Shown here piece after piece: positions 1 through 11,034 of a DNA stretch of 64,000 nt. This stretch comes from Candidatus Spongiisociaceae bacterium. Its GTDB lineage: Bacteria; Actinomycetota; Acidimicrobiia; Spongiisociales; Spongiisociaceae. Numbering within the stretch: the first letter of the stretch is position 1; the number at the start of each line of letters is the position of its first letter. Made by a program: the position numbers and the translations under genes. The notes under the pieces were generated by a model. The model saw only the letters and a program-made list of their open reading frames with translations, did no database searches and was not told where the DNA came from. The DNA is taken from assembly GCA_965262915.1 (NCBI GenBank), contig OZ253564.1:4128001-4192000 (forward strand), written 5' to 3'.

Positions 1-387
1 GGCCACCGCCTCTATGTCCACGCCCCCCCGGGCGGACAGGATCCCCAGGTACCGGCGAGCCGAGCGGTCCAGGGTGAAGCTGGCGTAGTACTCGGCGGCG
101 ATCTCCGAGGCCTCCTCGATGAGCACACACCCCACCGTGTGGCCGCGGATGTCCATACCCAGGATGGAATCGGTGGCGGTTGCCACCTCTTCGGCGCTCC
201 CGGCCAGCTTGATCCCACCGACCTTGCCGCGGCCGCCCACGTGAACCTGGGCTTTCACGACGACAGGGAAACCGATCCTCTCGGCGATCCCGACCGCCTC
301 GGAGGGTCCTCGGGCCACGAACCCGGGTGGTACCGGAATCCCGAAACGGGCGAAGAATCGCTTTCCTTGGTACTCAAGAAGATCCAC
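1..387 (-). CDS. sucC: Succinyl-CoA synthetase beta subunit, N-terminal part (runs off window)
   Basis: Manual translation from GTG at 387: MDLLEYQGK...VVVKAQVHVGGRGKAGGIK...EYYASFTLDR; absent from ORF track because it is partial. Confidence 0.93.
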   Translation of the reverse strand, partial: MDLLEYQGKRFFARFGIPVPPGFVARGPSEAVGIAERIGFPVVVKAQVHVGGRGKVGGIKLAGSAEEVATATDSILGMDIRGHTVGCVLIEEASEIAAEYYASFTLDRSARRYLGILSARGGVDIEAVA

Positions 388-480
388 GGGCCGTAATCCT
401 ATCCGTCCGGAGAGGGGGCGTATCCGCGAGCGGCTCGCCGCGGCTTCCCCCGAGAGAGGGCGAGATGGTCCTAGCGACGA

Positions 481-873
481 TCAGACTCGGATAACGCTCA
501 GCTCCTCGAGCGCCGGGAAGTCCTTGTCCTGAGTCACAAGGGCAACGCCGAGCGTCATCGCGGTTGCAGCAATCCATGAGTCGTTGACCGGCATCCGGAG
601 TCCATGGTCGCGCAGGATCATACGGAGCCTGGCCCATGCCGCGGCCACCGCCACGTCGATCGGCAGAGGCTCGAGAGCCAGCGCCGCTTCCAGCGTCCCG
701 AGCCGCCGGTCTCGGGTTGCCAGGTCGGTTGCGGCGAGTACTCCGGCCCTCAACTCCCCGATGGTGATCACCGATACGGCCAACTCCTCGGGTATGAACC
801 GCGCGACGATCGGACGGCCGCTCCCCCTGGCGATGAACAGTGACGTGTCCGCGAGCCCCCGGCTCACCGCCAC
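481..873 (-). CDS. vapC: VapC-family PIN toxin
   Basis: DTS, SVITIGEL, NDSWIAATA, LVTQDKDF PIN motifs; overlaps upstream antitoxin. Confidence 0.9.
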   Translation of the reverse strand: MAVSRGLADTSLFIARGSGRPIVARFIPEELAVSVITIGELRAGVLAATDLATRDRRLGTLEAALALEPLPIDVAVAAAWARLRMILRDHGLRMPVNDSWIAATAMTLGVALVTQDKDFPALEELSVIRV

Positions 874-1118
874 GGAAGGTCGTCTGTGGTCTCGTCAGCC
901 GCCCGGATGAGATCCTCGGCGAGGCCGGGGTCGGCCTGATGGGAGAGGATCTCGCGGATGAACCGGTCGCGCGGCATCCATGTGGGTCGCCGGGAGACCG
1001 GTGTCAACTCAGCTACCGGGCGCCCTCGAATCGTGATGATGACGCTTTGGCCGGCGGCCACGCTGTCCAGGAGCGTCCTGGTGTGATTGCGCAACTCTCT
1101 GGAGGCCACCTCTCTCAT
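864..1118 (-). CDS. Phd/YefM-family antitoxin
   Basis: MREVASRELRNHT...VIITIRGRPVAEL; directly upstream of vapC. Confidence 0.88.
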   Translation of the reverse strand: MREVASRELRNHTRTLLDSVAAGQSVIITIRGRPVAELTPVSRRPTWMPRDRFIREILSHQADPGLAEDLIRAADETTDDLPWR

Positions 1119-1255
1119 GCGACGAATGTAGCACAAGCGCCGCCCCTACCCGCGACCCAACCGGCCAACATGCCGATCACGGCCTTGGAACCGGGGCGGC
1201 CGGGGGAGCCGTACGGCAACTCGTCCTCCCCCATCGCTACCGCAGCCATCAACGG

Positions 1256-1663
1256 TCACAGCAAGTTCACCGAGCGGGAACCAACGTTGGACTCAACCCA
1301 CTCCGTCACCTCGGCAAGGGGAGTACCGGGAGTGAATATCGCTGCCATACCCTGGTCCAGGAGAAGCCGGGCGTCGCGGTCCGGGACGATTCCCCCACCG
1401 AAAACCACCATGTCGTCGATTCCGCGACGGCGGAGCAGCTCCACCACCGCCGGGAACAGAGTCATGTGGGCACCCGAGAGGGCCGACAGCCCGATGGCGT
1501 CGACATCCTCCTGGATGGCCGTCTCGACGATCTGGTCGGGGGTCTGGTGCAGTCCCGAGTAGATCACCTCGTTGCCGGCGTCACGGAGCGCCCTGGCCAC
1601 CACCTTGGCGCCGCGGTCGTGCCCGTCGAGTCCGGGCTTGGCGATGAGGATACGTCTCGGCAC
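1256..1663 (-). CDS. Cobalamin-binding subunit of methylmalonyl/isobutyryl-CoA mutase
   Basis: AKPGLDGHDRGAK (DxHxxG), SALSGAH, GGGIVP. Confidence 0.93.
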   Translation of the reverse strand: MPRRILIAKPGLDGHDRGAKVVARALRDAGNEVIYSGLHQTPDQIVETAIQEDVDAIGLSALSGAHMTLFPAVVELLRRRGIDDMVVFGGGIVPDRDARLLLDQGMAAIFTPGTPLAEVTEWVESNVGSRSVNLL

Positions 1664-1666
1664 GGC

Positions 1667-2815
1667 TCAGGCACCCGGCTCGGAGCTACCCCGGGCGGCG
1701 GAGAGCATCTCCCGCTTGCGCTCGATATCCCCGATCATTTCGCGGAACGAGCCGACGAAGCTGCCGACCCCCTCCCGCTCCAGCTTGACGGTCACGTCGT
1801 CGTAGTCGACGCCCACCGACGCGAGATCCCCGAGGACCCGCGCTCCGTCGTTCATCTGGCCGATCCCGATCACCTCGGGCCGGTCGGGACCATGGTCCCG
1901 GTAGGCGGCCAGCGCCGACTCGGGCAGGGTGTTGATCGTTTCGGGCGCCACCAGCGTGTCGATGTAGAGGGTGTTGGAGTAGTCGGGGTTCTTGGTGGAC
2001 GTGGAAGCCCACAAAGGCTTCTGCACGCGGGCGCCCTCGCGGCGTAGCCGGTACCACCGGTCCGAAGAGAAAGCCCGCAGGAACTCCAGGTAGGCAACCC
2101 GGGCATTGGCCACGGCGGACCGGCCCCGCAGGGCGAGCGCCTCGGGCGTGCCGACCGCCTCGAGCCGGGCGTCCACCTCCGTGTCGAAGCGCGAGACGAA
2201 GAAGGAAGCCACCGACGTGACGGAGGCCAGGTCCCCGCCGGCACGGTCGAACCGCTCCAGCCCGTTGAGATATGCCTCGATCACGGACCGGTACCGGTCC
2301 AGAGAGAAAATCAGCGTGACGTTCACCGAGATCCCCTCGGCGATCGAGTCCTCGATGGCGGCGATGCCCTCCCGGGTGGCGGGCACCTTGATGAGGAGAT
2401 TGGGGCGGTTCACGCGCTTGACCCAGTCCCGGGCTTCGGCAACGGTGGGCTCGGGATCGTGGGCCAGCTCGGGTGATACCTCGACCGAAACGAAACCGTC
2501 CAGCCCCTGCGATCGCCGGTAGACGGGCTCCATCACATCGCAGGCCCGCCGGATGTCACTGGTTACGACCGCGGTGTAGATCTCGTCGACACTCGCGTCG
2601 CGGGCCACCAGCTCGCCGACCTGGGCGTCGTAGGAGTCGCCCGACATCATCGCCTTGGCAAAAATGGTGGGGTTGGACGTGACCCCGGTGATCGCCCGCG
2701 CCAGGTATCGGTCGAGCTCTCCCGAGTCCAGCATCTCCCTTGAGATCGAATCGAGCCAGACCGACTGGCCCAGCGCCGCTAGGTTGTGCAGTCTGGAGTT
2801 GCCGCCACCGGACAC
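1667..2815 (-). CDS. tal: Transaldolase
   Basis: GQSVWLD, GVTSNPTIF, LIKVPAT, NVTLIFS, SFFVSR, LWASTSTKNP. Confidence 0.96.
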   Translation of the reverse strand: MSGGGNSRLHNLAALGQSVWLDSISREMLDSGELDRYLARAITGVTSNPTIFAKAMMSGDSYDAQVGELVARDASVDEIYTAVVTSDIRRACDVMEPVYRRSQGLDGFVSVEVSPELAHDPEPTVAEARDWVKRVNRPNLLIKVPATREGIAAIEDSIAEGISVNVTLIFSLDRYRSVIEAYLNGLERFDRAGGDLASVTSVASFFVSRFDTEVDARLEAVGTPEALALRGRSAVANARVAYLEFLRAFSSDRWYRLRREGARVQKPLWASTSTKNPDYSNTLYIDTLVAPETINTLPESALAAYRDHGPDRPEVIGIGQMNDGARVLGDLASVGVDYDDVTVKLEREGVGSFVGSFREMIGDIERKREMLSAARGSSEPGA

Positions 2816-2989
2816 CTTCGTACCTCCCCAATAAGGCCAGCCCGAGTCGGGTAGCTCTTGCAGTTGCGCCGCCCCGGTAACCCCACGCTAATACACAACG
2901 GGACCAGTGCACGCATAGTCGGCATGCGTGGTCAACATCAGGTTTCGTACAACGCCTCGGATCAGGACAACCCGCCGACGGCGCGCCGG

Positions 2990-5218
2990 TCAGACCTTCT
3001 GGAGGGGCGCCCAGCAGAGAAGGAGCCTCTTGTGGCCCCCGGTATCGAAGGTGATCTCGGCCTCCGCCCGGTCACCCTCGCCGGCCACCGCCGAGACTGT
3101 CCCCATCCCCCACAGATCGTGCTTCACCCGATCGCCCGCCGCGATGTCCTCCTCCGACAGGAGGGAGCTCTGGTGCCCGGTCGATTCCTTGCGCGGGTCT
3201 CTCTTGCGGTCCTGCGCATTGGTGACCAACTCGAGCGGGATCTCCTTGAGAAAGCGGGAGGGCGTGTTGTAGGACGCCATACCGTAGAGCATTCGCGATT
3301 GCGACCGGCACAGGTAGAGCCGCTGCTGCGCCCTGGTCAACCCCACGTAGCAGAGCCGTCGCTCCTCTTCGATCTCATCGGGGTCGGTGACTGCCCGTGA
3401 GTGCGGGAACAGGCCTTCTTCCAAGCCGATGATGAACACCACCGGAAACTCGAGGCCCTTGGCATTGTGCAGGGTCATCAGAGTGACCGCCCCGCTGCCT
3501 TCCTCCAAGGCGTCGATGTCGCCCACCAGGCTGACCGACTCGAGGAAGCGCTCCAGCCGGCGACGCCCGTCCATGTCGTTCCAGGTTTCGCCGTCGAACG
3601 ACTCGCCTCTGGACTGCTGCTCGAACTCCTCGGCCCCCGATACCAGCTCACGCAGGTTGTCGGCCCTGCTCAGCGCCTCGATGGTGCGCTCCCCCTCCAC
3701 CCAATCCAGGTATCCCACGCCCTCGAGGACCGCCCTGACCGCGGCTGCCGGGCCGTCGGCCACCTTCCCCTCCAGTCCTTCGACCACCTCCAGGAAGCTC
3801 CGGACGGCCTTGGCCGAGCGGGTTGCCAGAGCGTGGATCTCGTCGAGCCGGTGCAGTGCATCGAACAAGGAGATGCCTTCAGCCTCGGCGAACCGGTCTA
3901 TGTGCCCGATGGTGACGTTGCCGATCCCGCGCCTGGGAAGGTTGATGATCCGCCTGACCGAGATGTCGTCCGCCGGGTTGCAGAGCATCCGCAGGTAGGC
4001 CAGCACGTCCTTTATCTCACGGCGCTCGTAGAACCTCACGGTTCCGATCACGTTGTACGGCACGCCGAAGCGGGCGAGGACCTCCTCCATCACCCGGCTC
4101 TGGGCATTGACCCGGTAGAAGACCGCCATATCCGACAGGTCGGCGCCGTCGGATTCCAGCCCCTCCATCTCCTCGGCGACGAACCCGGCCTCGTCGCGCT
4201 CGTCCTCGGCGGCGTAGTGGACGATGGGCATGCCCCTGCCGAGATCGCTCCACAACCGCTTGGGCCTGCGACGACCGTTGTTGGCGATCACTGCGTTGGC
4301 CGCCGCCAGGATGGTCTCGGTCGAGCGGTAGTTCTGTTCGAGGACCACCACCCGCGCCTCGGGGTAGTCACGCTCGAAGTCCCCGATGTTGCGGATGTCA
4401 GCGCCCCGGAAACGGTAGATCGACTGGTCGGCGTCCCCGACCACGCAGATGTTGCGGTGGCGGCGGGCCAACTGCTTGACCAGCACGTACTGGGCCCGGT
4501 TGGTGTCCTGGAACTCGTCCACATGGATGTACCGGAAGCGGTTCTGGTAGTGGGCCAGCACGTCCGGGAAGGCGGTGAAGAGCTCGGTGGTGACCATCAG
4601 GAGGTCATCGAAATCCATGGCCGAGGCGTCCAGCAGCCGCTGCTGGTAGAGGCGGTAGACGTCGGCCACTTTCTGGTGGTGGAAGCCGTAACCCTGGTCC
4701 ACGAAGGTCTCGTAGTCGATCAACTCGTTCTTGGCCTTCGAGATGGCGGACCGGATCGAGCGGGGCGGGAACTTGCGGTCGTCGAGGTTGAGGTCCTTCA
4801 CCGCCATCTTGACCGCCCGCAAGGAGTCCTGGGCGTCGTAAATCGTGAACGCCGACCGGTAGCCCAGCCGGGGCGCCTCCCGGCGCAGGATGCGGGCACA
4901 TGCCGAGTGGAAGGTGGACACCCACATGCTGCGAGCCGCTCCTCCCACCAGTTGACGGACCCGCTCCTTCATCTCCCCCGCCGCCTTGTTGGTGAAGGTG
5001 ATGGCCAGCACGTCCCACGGGGGCACGTCCAGATCGCGGATCAGGTAGGCGACCCGGTAGGTGAGCACCCGGGTCTTCCCGGAACCCGCGCCGGCCACCA
5101 CCAGCACCGGCCCCTCGGTGGCCGCCACCGCCTCCCGTTGCGTCGGGTTGAGATCGGCGAACAGGACCGAGTCGACCGGGTCTGCCTTCAACGGCTTCGA
5201 ATCCAGCAATCGAACCAT
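2990..5218 (-). CDS. pcrA: ATP-dependent DNA helicase PcrA/UvrD
   Basis: AGAGSGKT, TFTNKAA, DEFQDTN, LEQNYRS, TLHNAKGLEF, EERRLCYVGLTRA, C-terminal Tudor-like domain; start uncertain. Confidence 0.96.
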   Translation of the reverse strand: MVRLLDSKPLKADPVDSVLFADLNPTQREAVAATEGPVLVVAGAGSGKTRVLTYRVAYLIRDLDVPPWDVLAITFTNKAAGEMKERVRQLVGGAARSMWVSTFHSACARILRREAPRLGYRSAFTIYDAQDSLRAVKMAVKDLNLDDRKFPPRSIRSAISKAKNELIDYETFVDQGYGFHHQKVADVYRLYQQRLLDASAMDFDDLLMVTTELFTAFPDVLAHYQNRFRYIHVDEFQDTNRAQYVLVKQLARRHRNICVVGDADQSIYRFRGADIRNIGDFERDYPEARVVVLEQNYRSTETILAAANAVIANNGRRRPKRLWSDLGRGMPIVHYAAEDERDEAGFVAEEMEGLESDGADLSDMAVFYRVNAQSRVMEEVLARFGVPYNVIGTVRFYERREIKDVLAYLRMLCNPADDISVRRIINLPRRGIGNVTIGHIDRFAEAEGISLFDALHRLDEIHALATRSAKAVRSFLEVVEGLEGKVADGPAAAVRAVLEGVGYLDWVEGERTIEALSRADNLRELVSGAEEFEQQSRGESFDGETWNDMDGRRRLERFLESVSLVGDIDALEEGSGAVTLMTLHNAKGLEFPVVFIIGLEEGLFPHSRAVTDPDEIEEERRLCYVGLTRAQQRLYLCRSQSRMLYGMASYNTPSRFLKEIPLELVTNAQDRKRDPRKESTGHQSSLLSEEDIAAGDRVKHDLWGMGTVSAVAGEGDRAEAEITFDTGGHKRLLLCWAPLQKV

Positions 5219-5521
5219 AGGGACCATCATACCGGCGGGCCCGGACACCGAATTACACGCTTGTGACTTTTCTCGACGTCTCTCGTAGCCTTCTACCACC
5301 CATCCTCAACCCCATACCAGGACTCGACCTTGCGCTAATCGCCGAACGTGTGGGGGGTGGAACCGAACCTGGCCGGTCTCGCGGCGACTCCCGATGCCCT
5401 CCGCGGTGGCACACCTAACGACGCTACCCCTATTCGGGGCCGGTTGAGTTCGTCAGACGAACCGCGTGACCGGATCCAAGCCGGAAACTGCCCAGGCTCC
5501 CAGAAGACCTCCAATCCTGGT

Positions 5522-7063
5522 TCACTCCCACTCGATGGTCGCGGGGGGCTTGGAGGAGATGTCGTAGGCGACCCGGTTGATGCCAGGCACCTCGTTGATG
5601 ACACGGCTCGAGATCTGCTCCAGCACCGGGTAGGGGATGCGGGCGAAGTCCGCCGTCATGGCATCCTCGGAGGTGACGGCTCGCACGATGAGGGCGTAGG
5701 CATAGGTGCGGCCATCGCCCTGGACACCCACCGTCTTGACCATGGGCAGCACCGCGAAGGACTGCCATATGTCGCGGTACAGACCGGCCCGGCGGATCTC
5801 GTCGGTCACTATGGCGTCGGCCGCCCGTAGCACCTCGAGCCGGTCCCTCGTCACCTCTCCTATGATCCGGATGGCCAGCCCGGGACCGGGGAACGGCTGG
5901 CGCCACACGATCTCCTCCGGAAGACCGAGTTCCTCCCCGACTGCCCGAACCTCGTCCTTGAACAGATCGCGGAGCGGCTCGATCAGCTCGAAATCGAGGT
6001 CATCGGGAAGTCCTCCCACGTTGTGATGGGTCTTGATGGTGGCGGCCGGCCCGGCACCGGACTCGATCACGTCCGGATAAAGGGTCCCCTGCACCAGGAA
6101 CCGGGCATCGGGTATGCCCGAGGTGGCCTCCTCGAAGGTCCGTATGAACATCTCGCCGATGATGTTGCGCTTTCGCTCGGGGTCGGTGACGCCCGCCAGA
6201 GCATCCAGGAACCTGCTCGAAGCCTCGACGTGAACCAGGTCCATGTCGAAGTGGCGCCGGAACGTCTCGATCACCTGGGAGGCCTCCCCCGCCCTCAGAA
6301 GACCGTGGTCGACGAAGACACACGTCAACCGGTCACCGACCGCCCGGTATACGAGAGCGGCCGCCACCGCCGAGTCCACACCGCCCGAGAGGCCGCAGAT
6401 CACCCGAGCGTCGCCGACCCCGGCCCTAATCGCCTCGACCTGCTCGGAGATGATGGAACCGCGGTTCCAATCGGGGGGGGCCTCGCATGCCCTGCGCAAG
6501 AACCGCTCGAGGATGGTCGACCCGTGATCGGTGTGGACCACCTCGGGATGGAACTGGACCCCGTAGATCCTCCGGTCGGAGTCCTCCATGGCCGCCACCG
6601 GTGACCCGCCCGTCGCGGCGACGCACGCAAAGCCGGCCGGGGTCTCCGTGACGGCATCCGCGTGACTCATCCAGACGTCCTGGCGCCCGGGAGTGCCGTC
6701 CAGCATCAGGGAAGGGGCCGAGACCGTGAGCGCGGTCCGCCCGTACTCGGCATCACCGGTGCGCTCCACCCTCCCACCCAGCATCCGGGCGAGGAGTTGG
6801 TGTCCGTAGCAGATTCCGAGGACGGGAACGCCCATCTCGAGCAACCGGCGATCTATCCGGTAGGCGTCCTCCGTGTAGACCGACAGCGGGCCACCCGACA
6901 GGATCACCCCTAAGGGACGGTAGGTGCGGGCTTCGGCGGCGCTGACGCTATGGGGAACTATCAGCGAGAAGACCCCGGCCTGGCGCACTCGCCGGGCGAT
7001 CAGCTGCGCGTACTGGGCGCCGAGGTCCACCACTAGAACCGGACGGTGATGGCGAGGGCTCAT
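5522..7063 (-). CDS. guaA: GMP synthase (glutamine-hydrolysing)
   Basis: [37 protein letters not shown]. Confidence 0.97.
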   Translation of the reverse strand: MSPRHHRPVLVVDLGAQYAQLIARRVRQAGVFSLIVPHSVSAAEARTYRPLGVILSGGPLSVYTEDAYRIDRRLLEMGVPVLGICYGHQLLARMLGGRVERTGDAEYGRTALTVSAPSLMLDGTPGRQDVWMSHADAVTETPAGFACVAATGGSPVAAMEDSDRRIYGVQFHPEVVHTDHGSTILERFLRRACEAPPDWNRGSIISEQVEAIRAGVGDARVICGLSGGVDSAVAAALVYRAVGDRLTCVFVDHGLLRAGEASQVIETFRRHFDMDLVHVEASSRFLDALAGVTDPERKRNIIGEMFIRTFEEATSGIPDARFLVQGTLYPDVIESGAGPAATIKTHHNVGGLPDDLDFELIEPLRDLFKDEVRAVGEELGLPEEIVWRQPFPGPGLAIRIIGEVTRDRLEVLRAADAIVTDEIRRAGLYRDIWQSFAVLPMVKTVGVQGDGRTYAYALIVRAVTSEDAMTADFARIPYPVLEQISSRVINEVPGINRVAYDISSKPPATIEWE

Positions 7064-7126
7064 CGCGTCCCCCGCACCGATCCTGGTTGCTCCACCGGCT
7101 ACCGGCACCGTATCACCGGCACCCGT

Positions 7127-8284
7127 TCAGCCCATCCCGACGCGCTGGTTCCGCTGGAGATCCTTGCCTTCGGTCCTGATCGAGGGGGCCACCATCACCT
7201 CGGCTTTCTGGAAGCTCTTGAGGTGGGCGTATCCGGTGGTCGCCAGTGCCATGCGCAACCCGCCGAACAGGTTCTGGCGGCCGTCGTTCTCATAGGCCGG
7301 GCCCACCAGGATCTCCTTGAGGGTGCCCAGCCGACCCGTCATCACCCGGGCACCGCGAGGGAGGGTGGGATGGAATGTGGCCATACCCCAATGAACCCCG
7401 AGCCCGGGAGCTTCGGCCGCCGAGGCCAGCGGGGAGCCGATCATCACGGAGTCGGCCCCACAGGCAATCGCCTTGGCGATGTCCCCCCCGGTGCGCATCC
7501 CCCCGTCGGCGATCACATGGACGTATCGACCTGTCTCGTCGAGGTACCGTATCCTCGCCGCGGCCGCGTCGGCGATCGCCGTCGCCTGCGGAACACCCAG
7601 TCCGAGCACGCCCCGGGTGGTGCAGGCGGCCCCGGGTCCCACTCCCACGAGGATCCCCGCGGCGCCCGTACGCATGAGGTGTATGGCCCCCGCGTAGGAG
7701 GCGCAACCACCCACGATCACCGGCATGTCCAGACCGGCGATGAAGGAATTCAGGTCGAGGGGATCGCTCCTCGTGGACATGTGTTCGGCCGAGACGACCG
7801 TACCCTGGATCACCAGGAGGTCGAGTCGGGAATCCAGCACCACGTCTATGTAGCTCTCGACGCTCTGGGGGGTGAGGGCGCCTGCAGTCACCACACCGGA
7901 CGCCTTCATCTCGCCGATACGCCGGTGCATGAGATCGGGCAGGATGGGCACCCGGTACAACTCCTGCATGCGCCGGGTGGCCTTCTCGGCCGGGAGTGCG
8001 GCTATCTCCTCGAACACCGGATCGGGGTCTTCGTACCTGGACCACAGCCCTTCGAGGTTCAGGACACCGAGACCTCCCAACCGACCGATGGCGACCGCGG
8101 TTGCAGGGCTCACGGCCGAGTCCATCGCCGAGCCGAGCATCGGCAGACGGAATCTGAAGGCGTCGATCTCCCAGGAGATGTCGACGTCGTCGGGGTCGCG
8201 CGTCCGTCTGCTCGGAACGATGGAGATGTCGTCGAATCCGTAGGCGCGCCGACCTGACTTCGAGAGGCCTATGTCTATGTCCAC
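7127..8284 (-). CDS. guaB3: GuaB3-family IMP dehydrogenase-related protein
   Basis: AYGFDDISIVPSRRTRDP, GVLNLEGLW, GPGAACTTR, VHVIADGG; adjacent to guaA; start may be at 8311. Confidence 0.9.
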   Translation of the reverse strand: MDIDIGLSKSGRRAYGFDDISIVPSRRTRDPDDVDISWEIDAFRFRLPMLGSAMDSAVSPATAVAIGRLGGLGVLNLEGLWSRYEDPDPVFEEIAALPAEKATRRMQELYRVPILPDLMHRRIGEMKASGVVTAGALTPQSVESYIDVVLDSRLDLLVIQGTVVSAEHMSTRSDPLDLNSFIAGLDMPVIVGGCASYAGAIHLMRTGAAGILVGVGPGAACTTRGVLGLGVPQATAIADAAAARIRYLDETGRYVHVIADGGMRTGGDIAKAIACGADSVMIGSPLASAAEAPGLGVHWGMATFHPTLPRGARVMTGRLGTLKEILVGPAYENDGRQNLFGGLRMALATTGYAHLKSFQKAEVMVAPSIRTEGKDLQRNQRVGMG

Positions 8285-8379
8285 CCTGTCCCCCGGTTGC
8301 GGTAGGTCCAAGGTACCAGAAAGCGCCCCGCATCCGGCAGATCCCGTCGGAGCCGCTCCCCGACTACGCTACCGGACCC

Positions 8380-9108
8380 GTGGACGGAACTTCGTGGCGC
8401 TGGTATGACACGCCGATCGTCATGGCGGGCGGCGCTGTGGCCGGTCTGGTGGCGAGCGTCGTGGCCGGGGTGGTGTTCGGCGGTGATCCCTACGATCCGG
8501 ATGCCCTCTTCTGGCTGGTCATACCCTGCCAGAACCTGGGACACATCGGCACCCTGGTTCTGATCGCCCGGCACAGGGGACAACCCGGCCTGGCCGATTC
8601 CCTGGGATTCGTGGTCGAGCCGCGCCAGGCCGGGTGGGTTCTGGCAGGGGCTGCCTCCATGATCCCGCTCGGGTTACTGGCGAGCGCATTGAGGGACATC
8701 CTGGGTGTGGACGCGGACGCTCCTCAGGTCATAGTGGAGGCAGCCTCCCAGGTCAGAGGCACCGTGACCGTGGCGGCGGTGGCCATCGGAGTGGTGATCA
8801 TGGGGCCGGTGGCCGAGGAGCTCCTCTACCGCGGTCTCGCCCTCCGGACCGCCCTCCAGGGCGGCAGGTCTCCTGCCGTCGCGGTTACCGTCTCGGCCAT
8901 TGTGTTCACGCTGGCCCATCTGGCCGATCCCGCCCTGTATTCGGCCGCCGGCGGGGTGACCCTGGTCGTGCTCTTCGTGTTCGGCCTGTTCCTCGGCGTC
9001 CTGCGGATACGCAAAGGCAACCTGGGCGCATGCATCTTCGCCCACAGCGGATTCAACCTCATGACGCTGGTCCTGCTGTTCTTCTACACGTCACCGGTGG
9101 CCGGGTGA
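8380..9108 (+). CDS. CPBP (CAAX/Abi) family intramembrane metalloprotease
   Basis: EELLYRG, FTLAH, AHSGFN motifs with several TM helices. Confidence 0.9.
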   Translation: MDGTSWRWYDTPIVMAGGAVAGLVASVVAGVVFGGDPYDPDALFWLVIPCQNLGHIGTLVLIARHRGQPGLADSLGFVVEPRQAGWVLAGAASMIPLGLLASALRDILGVDADAPQVIVEAASQVRGTVTVAAVAIGVVIMGPVAEELLYRGLALRTALQGGRSPAVAVTVSAIVFTLAHLADPALYSAAGGVTLVVLFVFGLFLGVLRIRKGNLGACIFAHSGFNLMTLVLLFFYTSPVAG

Positions 9109-9175
9109 CGGTCTACCACCGGGCCCGGCAGTGGACCTCGGCGCCCCGCGTCGTCCAACGATCCGGCGCACACCC

Positions 9176-10156
9176 TCAGCGGGACAGGCCGATCAGTTCT
9201 CGTACTTTCACCATGGTCTGCTCGGCCTTGACCCTGGCCTCGTGCGCCCCCCCAGTCATTATCCGCTCGACCTCTCGATCGTCCAGAGCGCGGTAAGCCC
9301 GGCGGACGGGCGCCAGGCCGGCGGTCACGGCTTCGGCCACCGTCTCCTTGAACCGTCCGTACCCGGCATGGGCGTGCTCGTCGGCCAGTTCCCGGACCGG
9401 GTCCCCGGTGAACGCCGCCAGGATGTCCAGGAGGTTGCTGATCCCCGGCTTGCGCTCGACGTCGTAGGCGATCCGGGTCTCCGAGTCGGTGACCGCTCGG
9501 CGGATCTTGCGCCGGATCGTGTCGGCGTCATCGGTGACGAGGATGCGTGCACTCGCATCCGGATCGGACTTCGACATCTTGGAGGTTGGTTCCTTGAGGG
9601 ACATCACCCGGGCGCCCACACCGGGCGTGATCTGGTCGGGCAACGGGAAGTACTCCCCGTACCGGGAGTTGAAACGCTCCACCAGATCGCGGGTGAACTC
9701 AAGATGCTGGGTCTGGTCGTTGCCGACCGGGACCGCGTGGACCCGATGGACCAGGATGTCGGCCGCCATCAGGACCGGGTAGGAGAACAACCCCAGGTTC
9801 TGGCCTCCCTTGTCCAGCTTCTCCTTGTATTGGGTCATCCTCCCGAGGTGCCCCATCGAGGTGAGCGTTCCCAGTATCCACGACAGTTCGGCGTGCTGGG
9901 GAACCTGGCTCTGGTGGTAGACCAAGGATCGCTGCGGGTCGATCCCGGCAGCCAGCAGGATCTTGGCCGTGCGAAGGCGCGCCCGGGCGAGTTCCGCCGG
10001 AACCTGGGGGAGGGTGAGGGCATGGAGATCCACCACGCAATACACGGTGTCGTAGTGGTCCTGCATGGCCACCCAGTTGCGCAGCGCGCCCATGTAGTTG
10101 CCGATATGGATGTCGCCGCTCGGCTGGATTCCCGAAAAGACTCTCTTCCTGGTCAC
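9176..10156 (-). CDS. trpS: Tryptophanyl-tRNA synthetase
   Basis: SGIQPSG, HIGN, YPVLMAADIL, VPVGNDQTQH, KMSKS. Confidence 0.97.
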   Translation of the reverse strand: MTRKRVFSGIQPSGDIHIGNYMGALRNWVAMQDHYDTVYCVVDLHALTLPQVPAELARARLRTAKILLAAGIDPQRSLVYHQSQVPQHAELSWILGTLTSMGHLGRMTQYKEKLDKGGQNLGLFSYPVLMAADILVHRVHAVPVGNDQTQHLEFTRDLVERFNSRYGEYFPLPDQITPGVGARVMSLKEPTSKMSKSDPDASARILVTDDADTIRRKIRRAVTDSETRIAYDVERKPGISNLLDILAAFTGDPVRELADEHAHAGYGRFKETVAEAVTAGLAPVRRAYRALDDREVERIMTGGAHEARVKAEQTMVKVRELIGLSR

Positions 10157-10167
10157 ATCACACCTCG

Positions 10168-10204
10168 TAGTGGCTAGTGGTCAGTGGTTAGTGATTAGTG
10201 ATTA
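10168..10204 (+). repeat. Heptamer tandem repeat (YAGTGRY)n interrupted by IS5
   Basis: TAGTGGC TAGTGGT CAGTGGT TAGTGAT TAGTGAT TA, resuming after the IS at 11035 with TAGTGGC. Confidence 0.8.
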
Positions 10205-10990
10205 GGGCGTGTTCACGTTTCTGAGCGTGTCGTGTATGAGCGCGAGGGTGATGAATGCTAGGAACATCACGTCGAGTTTGTCGTAGCGGGTGAAGACACG
10301 CCGGTAGCCTTTGAGCCGTCGGAAGAGCCGTTCGACCTCGTTCCGTCGCTTGTATATCGGACGGTTGTAGTCCCACGGGTGGCGGCGGTTGCTTCGGGGT
10401 GGGATGACCGGCGTGTAGCCCAGAGCGACGGCCAGTTGCCGTGTTTCGTCCCCTTCATAGGCGCGGTCCGCTACCAGGAACAGCTCTAGCTGCTCCCCTT
10501 CCTGCTCCTTTTTTCGTGGGCCCATCTTTTTGAGGAGCTCCCGCCCATGGGGAGCATCATGGTCCTGACCTGGGGAAAGAGCGAATAAGACGGCGCTACA
10601 AGCGCTGGCCGCGACCATGTGGATCTTGGTGTTCAACCCTCCCCGGGAGCGACCGATGGCCTGGGGACCCCGCTTTCGGAGAGCACCACAGCCGTCGGGA
10701 TGAACCTTGACCGACGTGCTGTCCAGGCCCAGAACTTCGAGGTCGATGAGCTGTTCCTGCTGTAGACGCTGGAACACCCGGTCCAAGACGCCGCTGGCCG
10801 CCCAGCGGCTCATCCGCATGTAAACGGTGTGCCAGTTCCCGAACCGTTCGGGAAGCGCCCGCCACTTGCAGCCGTGCTCCAGTACGTACAGGATGCCGTT
10901 GAGGGCTTGGAGGTTGGATACCTTGACGGTACCGCGGGGTTTCGGGAACACGTCTACTATGAGTTGGTATTGTTCTTGTGTTATTGTCAT
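10202..10990 (-). CDS. IS5-family transposase
   Basis: GCKWRALPERFGNW, LDSTSVK, SRGGLNTKIH, ADRAY, YKRRNEVERLFRRLK. Confidence 0.95.
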   Translation of the reverse strand: MTITQEQYQLIVDVFPKPRGTVKVSNLQALNGILYVLEHGCKWRALPERFGNWHTVYMRMSRWAASGVLDRVFQRLQQEQLIDLEVLGLDSTSVKVHPDGCGALRKRGPQAIGRSRGGLNTKIHMVAASACSAVLFALSPGQDHDAPHGRELLKKMGPRKKEQEGEQLELFLVADRAYEGDETRQLAVALGYTPVIPPRSNRRHPWDYNRPIYKRRNEVERLFRRLKGYRRVFTRYDKLDVMFLAFITLALIHDTLRNVNTP

Positions 10991-11034
10991 ATCGTAATGA
11001 TATCACATCAGTGTAACTTTAGGTGAACACGCCC
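10205..11034 (-). mobile_element. IS5-family insertion sequence
   Basis: Perfect 12-bp TIR GGGCGTGTTCAC (10205-10216 / 11023-11034) flanked by duplicated TA. Confidence 0.92.

Noticed and set aside
3401-5266. Long antisense or alternate-frame ORFs (also 11297-12874, 27644-29254, 56066-57625, 60775-62172)
   Set aside because: Shadows of real genes caused by high-GC codon bias; no motifs
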